A stretch of 64,000 nucleotides of DNA. Source: Macrostomum hystrix. Lineage: Eukaryota > Animalia > Platyhelminthes. Under the pieces are notes generated by a model. That model was given only the letters and a program-made list of their open reading frames with translations. It had not been told where the DNA came from and ran no database searches. The stretch's first letter is position 1. Every line of letters begins with the position of its first letter. Below, piece after piece: positions 57,490-64,000 of the stretch. The stretch lies in contig CATNEN010000034.1 in assembly GCA_950097015.1 (NCBI GenBank), positions 7,564,001-7,628,000 of the forward strand. Direction: 5' to 3'. A program made the position numbers and the translations under genes.

Positions 57490-60400
57490 TCTCCCTCGTT
57501 TCCCATCAACCTCATGTCCCACTCTCCTCATGTCCCACTCTCCTCATGTCCCACTCTCCTCATGTCCCACTCTCCTCATTTCCCACTCTCCTCATTTACC
57601 ACTCTCCTTATTTCCCACTCTCCTCATTTCCCACTCTCCTCATTTCCCACTCTCCTCATTTCCCACTCTCCTCATTTCCCACTCTCCTCATTTCCCACTC
57701 TCCTCATTTCCCACTCTCCTCATATCCCACTCTCCTCATTTCCCACTCTCCTCATTTCCCACTCTCCTCATTTCCCACTCTCCTCATATCCCACTCTCCC
57801 TCGTTTCCCATCAACCTCATGTCCCACTCTCCTCATGTCCCACTCTCCTCATGTCCCACTCTCCTCATGTCCCACTCTCCTCATGTCCCACTCTCCTCAT
57901 TTCCCACTCTCCTCATTTACCACTCTCCTCATTTCCCACTCTCCTCATTTCCCACTCTCCTCATTTCCCACTCTCCTCATTTCCCACTCTCCTCATTTCC
58001 CACTCTCCTCATTTCCCACTCTCCTCATTTCCCACTCTCCTCATTTCCCACTCTCCTCATTTCCCACTCTCCTCATTTCCCACTCTCCTCATTTCCCACT
58101 CTCCTCATATCCCACTCTCCTCATTTCCCACTCTCCTCATTTCCCACTCTCCTCATTTCCCACTCTCATTTCCCACTCTCCTCATTTCCCACTCTCCTCA
58201 TGTCTCACTCTCCTCATGTCCCACTCTCCTCATTTCCCATTCTCCTCATTTCCCACTCTCCTCATTTACCACTCTCCTCATTTCCCACTCTCCTCATTTC
58301 CGACTCTCCTCATTTCCCACTCTCCTCATTTCCCATTCTCCTCATTTCCGACTCTCCTCATTTCCCACTCTCCTCATTTCCCACTCTCCTCATTTCCCAC
58401 TCTCCTCATTTCCCACTCTCCTCATTTCCCATTCTCCTCATTTCCGACTCTCCTCATTTCCCACTCTCCTCATTTCCCACTCTCCTCATTTCCGACTCTC
58501 CTCATTTCCCACTCTCCTCATTTACCACTCTCCTCATTTACCACTCTCCTCATTTCCCACTCTCCTCATTTCCCACTCTCCTCATTTCCCACTCTCCTCA
58601 TTTCCCACTCTCCTCATTTCCCACTCTCCTCATTTCCCACTCTCCTCATTTCCCATTCTCCTTATGTCCCACTCTCCTCATGTCCCACTCTCCTCATATC
58701 CCACTCTCCTCATGTCCCACTCTCCTCATGTCCCACTCTCCTCATTTCCCACTCTCCTCATGTCCCACTCTCCTCATGTCCCACTCTCCTCATTTCCCAC
58801 TCTCCTCATGTCCCACTCTCCTCATGTCCCACTCTCCTCATTTCCCACTCTCCTCATTTCTCACTCTCCTCATTTCCCACTCTCCTCATTTCTCACTCTC
58901 CTCATGTCCCACTCTCCTCATTTCCCACTCTCCTCATTTCCCACTCTCCTCATTTCCCACTCTCCTCATTTCCCATTCTCCTCATTTCCCACTCTCCTCA
59001 TTTACCACTCTCCTCATTTCCCACTCTCCTCATTTCCGACTCTCCTCATTTCCCACTCTCCTCATTTCCCATTCTCCTCATTTCCGACTCTCCTCATTTC
59101 CCACTCTCCTCATTTCCCACTCTCCTCATTTCCCACTCTCCTCATTTCCCACTCTCCTCATTTCCCATTCTCCTCATTTCCGACTCTCCTCATTTCCCAC
59201 TCTCCTCATTTCCCACTCTCCTCATTTCCGACTCTCCTCATTTCCCACTCTCCTCATTTACCACTCTCCTCATTTACCACTCTCCTCATTTCCCACTCTC
59301 CTCATTTCCCACTCTCCTCATTTCCCACTCTCCTCATTTCCCACTCTCCTCATTTCCCACTCTCCTCATTTCCCACTCTCCTCATTTCCCATTCTCCTTA
59401 TGTCCCACTCTCCTCATGTCCCACTCTCCTCATATCCCACTCTCCTCATGTCCCACTCTCCTCATGTCCCACTCTCCTCATTTCCCACTCTCCTCATGTC
59501 CCACTCTCCTCATGTCCCACTCTCCTCATTTCCCACTCTCCTCATGTCCCACTCTCCTCATGTCCCACTCTCCTCATTTCCCACTCTCCTCATTTCTCAC
59601 TCTCCTCATTTCCCACTCTCCTCATTTCTCACTCTCCTCATGTCCCACTCTCCTCATGTCCCACTCTCCTCATTTCCCATTCTCCTTATGTCCCACTCTC
59701 CTCATGTCCCACTCTCCTCATATCCCACTCTCCTCATTTCTCACTCTCCTCATTTCCCACTCTCCTCATTTCCCACTCTCCTCATTTCCCACTCTCCTCA
59801 TGTCCCACTCTCCTCATTTCCCACTGTCCTCATGTCCCACTCTCCTCATTCACCACTCTCCTCATGTCCCACTCTCCTCATTTCCCACTCTCCTCATGTC
59901 CCACTCTCCTCATGTCCCACTCTCCTCATTTCCCACTCTCCTCATTTCTCACTCTCCTCATGTCCCACTCTCCTCATTTCTCACTCTCCTCATTTCCCAC
60001 TCTCCTCATTTCCCACTCTCCTCATTTCCCACTCTCCTCATTTCCCACTCTCCTCATTTCCCACTCTCCTCATATCCCACTCTCCTCATTTCCCACTCTC
60101 CTCATTTCCCACTCTCCTCATTTCCCACTCTCATTTCCCACTCTCCTCATTTCCCACTCTCCTCATGTCTCACTCTCCTCATGTCCCACTCTCCTCATTT
60201 CCCATTCTCCTCATTTCCCACTCTCCTCATTTACCACTCTCCTCATTTCCCACTCTCCTCATTTCCGACTCTCCTCATTTCCCACTCTCCTCATTTCCCA
60301 TTCTCCTCATTTCCCACTCTCCTCATGTCCCACTCTCCTCATGTCCCACTCTCCTCATTTCCCACTCTCCTCATGTCCCACTCTCCTCATGTCCCACTCT

Positions 60401-61235
60401 CCTCATTTCCCACTCTCCTCATTTCTCACTCTCCTCATTTCCCACTCTCCTCATTTCTCACTCTCCTCATGTCCCACTCTCCTCATGTCCCACTCTCCTC
60501 ATTTCCCATTCTCCTTATGTCCCACTCTCCTCATGTCCCACTCTCCTCATTTCCCACTCTCCTCATATCCCACTCTCCTCATATCCCACTCTCCTCATTT
60601 CTCACTCTCCTCATTTCCCACTCTCCTCATTTCCCACTCTCCTCATTTCCCACTCTCCTCATGTCCCACTCTCCTCATTTCCCACTGTCCTCATGTCCCA
60701 CTCTCCTCATTCACCACTCTCCTCATGTCCCACTCTCCTCATTTCCCACTCTCCTCATGTCCCACTCTCCTCATGTCCCACTCTCCTCATTTCCCACTCT
60801 CCTCATTTCTCACTCTCCTCATTTCCCATTCTCCTTATGTCCCACTCTCCTCATGTCCCACTCTCCTCATATCCCACTCTCCTCATTTCTCACTCTCCTC
60901 ATTTCCCACTCTCCTCATTTCCCACTCTCCTCATTTCCCACTCTCCTCATGTCCCACTCTCCTCATTTCCCACTGTCCTCATGTCCCACTCTCCTCATTC
61001 ACCACTCTCCTCATGTCCCACTCTCCTCATTTCCCACTCTCCTCATGTCCCACTCTCCTCATGTCCCACTCTCCTCATTTCCCACTCTCCTCATTTCTCA
61101 CTCTCCTCATGTCCCACTCTCCTCATTTCTCACTCTCCTCATTTCCCACTCTCCTCATGTCCCACTCTCCTCATGTCCCACTCTCATCATGTCCCACCCT
61201 ACTCATGTCCCACCCTACTTATTTCCTACTCTCCT
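57490..61235. repeat. 16-bp polypyrimidine-rich satellite (TTCCCACTCTCCTCAT), ~230 units
   Basis: Three stop-free frames with a 16-aa period (3 x 16 nt); non-coding. Confidence 0.97.
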
Positions 61236-62529
61236 CATGTCCCACTCTAATCCCTACTCTTCTTTCCCCTCGAGCTTTTATCTCTCTTAGTTCAAGCTAC
61301 CTTATGTTTTCTCCCATCTTTTTTTAAGTCATTATTTTTCTATCTTAGCATTTTTCTGTTTAATTAGGTTTCTTGCTCACCTTATTTAAGCCTCATTGTG
61401 TTCTAACGCAGCCAACTGACTTTTTAAGGCCTCTCCTAAGAAGTTGTGATTTAGTATGTTTAGACTCCTATCCGAGAATGATACTCAAGACCAACTGGTT
61501 TGTTCTGACTTATATGCAATGCGGGTGCGCGACAGGAGACCGTGTGAGAAATCCCCAAATTAACTCGAGTCACTGCCAGGGCTATGTCCATTATAAAAAC
61601 AGAATCTAAAAGAATGTAACCATGGGAGACTCAATCAGGGCAAAAATAATGCAGCTTCTTTAAAGCACACAAATTCAACAGTTCTGATCAGTTTAAAAAA
61701 ACTCAATTTTCACAGCTCATTTGCTTCTTCTAACGCCCAGGGGGGCTTCAGTAATTTTCGTGTTCTGTCTCCAAGGCCCTGAAAAACAATTCTCTCTTTA
61801 GAAATAAATTCGGAAATAAATTTCTTTCTTGTTTCCGCAGGACTGAGTTGTCGTAAATTATGAGCAGAGCCGTTTTCGCATTGACTAAACCACAAAGCTG
61901 CCTCATATTTGTCTCCAGTGAAGTTTATCTATTATCCACCTGACACTTAGCCGCCTGCTGCAATCATGAATAGAATTAATGGGATAAAAAAGTAAGAAGG
62001 GAAGGGGGTTGGGAATTAGAGGAATTAATCAAGCAGGGCTTACCTGAGCGTGAGAACCCATTGCTCAGAATAAAGCGAATATATTTACAATTTGTCACAC
62101 TGGTGCTCTTGAAGCATAACTAACTCTAAGAAATGTGTGTTACCAGCTCCGAAAGGGTGAAGGAAGAGCAATTTTAAGCAGTTGCCACCCCGCTGGCAAC
62201 TATCTTGCAGTCCGGATTCCTTCGCAGCCTCCTGCAGTTAAGGGTGATGAATGACTTCAATTGACTGGCGATATTTTTATCCTGAATCAGCCATGCATGG
62301 CTGAGCACAATTAGGGCGCGCGATTCGCTTCGTGCCTACTGTTAGTAAGTAGGCGGCCTAGTACTGCAAGGCCTGCTAGGTCACGCTTTTATGCTTGATC
62401 AGAGATTGACGAATATTAATAGGCTTCAAGAAGTTTAACATCCCTTTTGTCTGTCGATTTCTTGTCTGCAATTCTCTTTTTCCCCAATTCCATCCTGTTT
62501 CCCAGCCGAAAAGACTGAATCCATGCAGA

Positions 62530-62675
62530 GAGGATATTGAGGGGAGGATATTGAGGGGAGGATGAGACAGGGGAGGATGAGACAGGGGAGGATGAGACAG
62601 GGGAGGATGAGACAGGGGAGGATGAGACAGGGGAGGATGAGACAGAGGAGGATGAGACAGGGGAGGATGAGACAT
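62530..62675. repeat. 15-bp tandem repeat (GATGAGACAGGGGAG)
   Basis: About 9 units. Confidence 0.9.
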
Positions 62676-64000
62676 GGCTGTACTTTATCGCTGGCCATGC
62701 ATAAAATTTGGTTTTTCATAATTATTGTAAATGCGCCGTTTCTTCTGAGTTTCAGTTTCCTTTCGGTGCTAAATGTCACTCACAATTACTCCAAGATGAG
62801 CAATATGGTATTTTATGGAAAGTATGTATCTACTTGGCCAATTATCTATTTGATAATTAGCGTCTATACTCTCCATTTCACCAAGATAAGTCATTTCGAG
62901 ATAATTGCATTACAGCAACTACACACAGGCATTGTCGCAATAGATACTGCTTGAAGTGAATTGTTTTCTGTGCCTGCATCTCTACGGGTTGGGGTGGGTG
63001 GCGTTTTTCGCACATCTTGTAGTATTTATGAATTTTTTTTCTACTGAAACACAATGGAAGCAGATAATTGTTGATGAATATAACACGGATGCCTCCTCAA
63101 TTGGCGCATTGCTGCAGATTAGAAGTCTTGGTGATAAAAAGGTGTCATAAATTTATTGCAGTTCGAGTTGTCAAGTGCACGGAGTATATTGAGCACTTTG
63201 CCAAGTGACAAGTGCAGTTTAACAAATCCATATTGGCCTGTGTTTTGCTAATTCCTTTCAATTTGACAGAGGATTTTCAAGTTTCTCAAAATGAGCATCT
63301 GAGAAGAGCACCTTTTTAATTTTATGAAAACGAAGCGAGCATGCCGAATTTCGCGAGTTGAGCACACCTTGAGCACAGAATCGAGCACACACTTGAGCAT
63401 GGCATCTCATTTTAAAATGAGCAGAAACTTCTGATTACGCTGATAGATTGGATAAGCGGGAGCAGGAATTCGTATTAAGGAGGTGTTGTGCAAACACTTC
63501 ACCTCTACACGCTCTGAGATGCCTCGACCAACGCGCAGTGGACACGGGCGGGGGCAGTGTTCTCACAGACTCAAAATGAGCACAAACAATTCAAACTTTA
63601 AGGGAGAGATATTGAGATTTGGTTGTGAGTTCTCGCTCAACATCACAAGTGAAGAAGAGCGCAGTTCTCAGATTTTCACACATTTCAGATATTAAGCCAT
63701 GAGTCCCTCTCTCTAAATATACTGATCCATTTTTTAGTTCTTGCATATCTGAGATTTCAGGGACAAACACACAAAGTTTTAAAGGCTTGTGTGTAGAATC
63801 CATGCATTTAGGAAAAAGCGACTTAGGAGAGAACACATTTGATTCACAGGGTGTGTAAGTTGGCAGCTTCTCTTCGAGACCCTGACTGCTCAAAGTGTGA
63901 TGCGAGAGTTCGCGTTATATGCATTGCACATGCATGTATACTAAAAGGCATGTATGTGTAAAGGCAAATATTTGTTCAGTCCGGACATGCCTACAGTGTG

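Noticed and set aside
57217-61327. Three >1200-aa ORFs (SHSPHFPLSSFPTLLI repeats)
   Set aside because: All three frames are open because the 16-bp C/T-rich unit has no stop codons; this is satellite DNA, not a gene.

Overview
Eukaryotic (invertebrate-like) genomic window; the GT-AG spliced gene, tRNA-derived SINEs and minisatellite-filled introns would fit a Macrostomum-type flatworm, but that is inference and unverified. Three layers. (1) 1-38.2 kb: an amplified cluster of seven intronless paralogs (5 intact, 2 lacking promoter and start) of a ~180-aa secreted protein with a three-repeat, beta-trefoil-like pattern. The copies are spaced by a quasi-palindromic 21/22-bp minisatellite, occur in both orientations, and differ mainly by amino-acid-changing substitutions in two loops. 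(2) Nested in that cluster, a decayed Maverick/Polinton-type endogenous virus: AGTAGT-starting terminal inverted repeats at 6789 and 26715, double-jelly-roll major capsid, adenain-like protease, packaging ATPase, an internally deleted protein-primed PolB and, unusually, an intact TATA-binding-protein-like ORF. A local duplication plus deletion has placed two of the secreted-protein copies between the TIRs. Several Ty3/Gypsy relics are also present. (3) 38.5-55 kb: a complete 15-coding-exon P5B-type ATPase gene (ATP13A2/3-like, about 1247 aa by my manual splice reconstruction) on the minus strand, in which most introns carry their own minisatellite. A 3.7-kb 16-bp polypyrimidine array follows. 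Most long ORFs in the ORF track are artefacts of tandem repeats. All homology calls come from motif recognition by eye; no database search was run.
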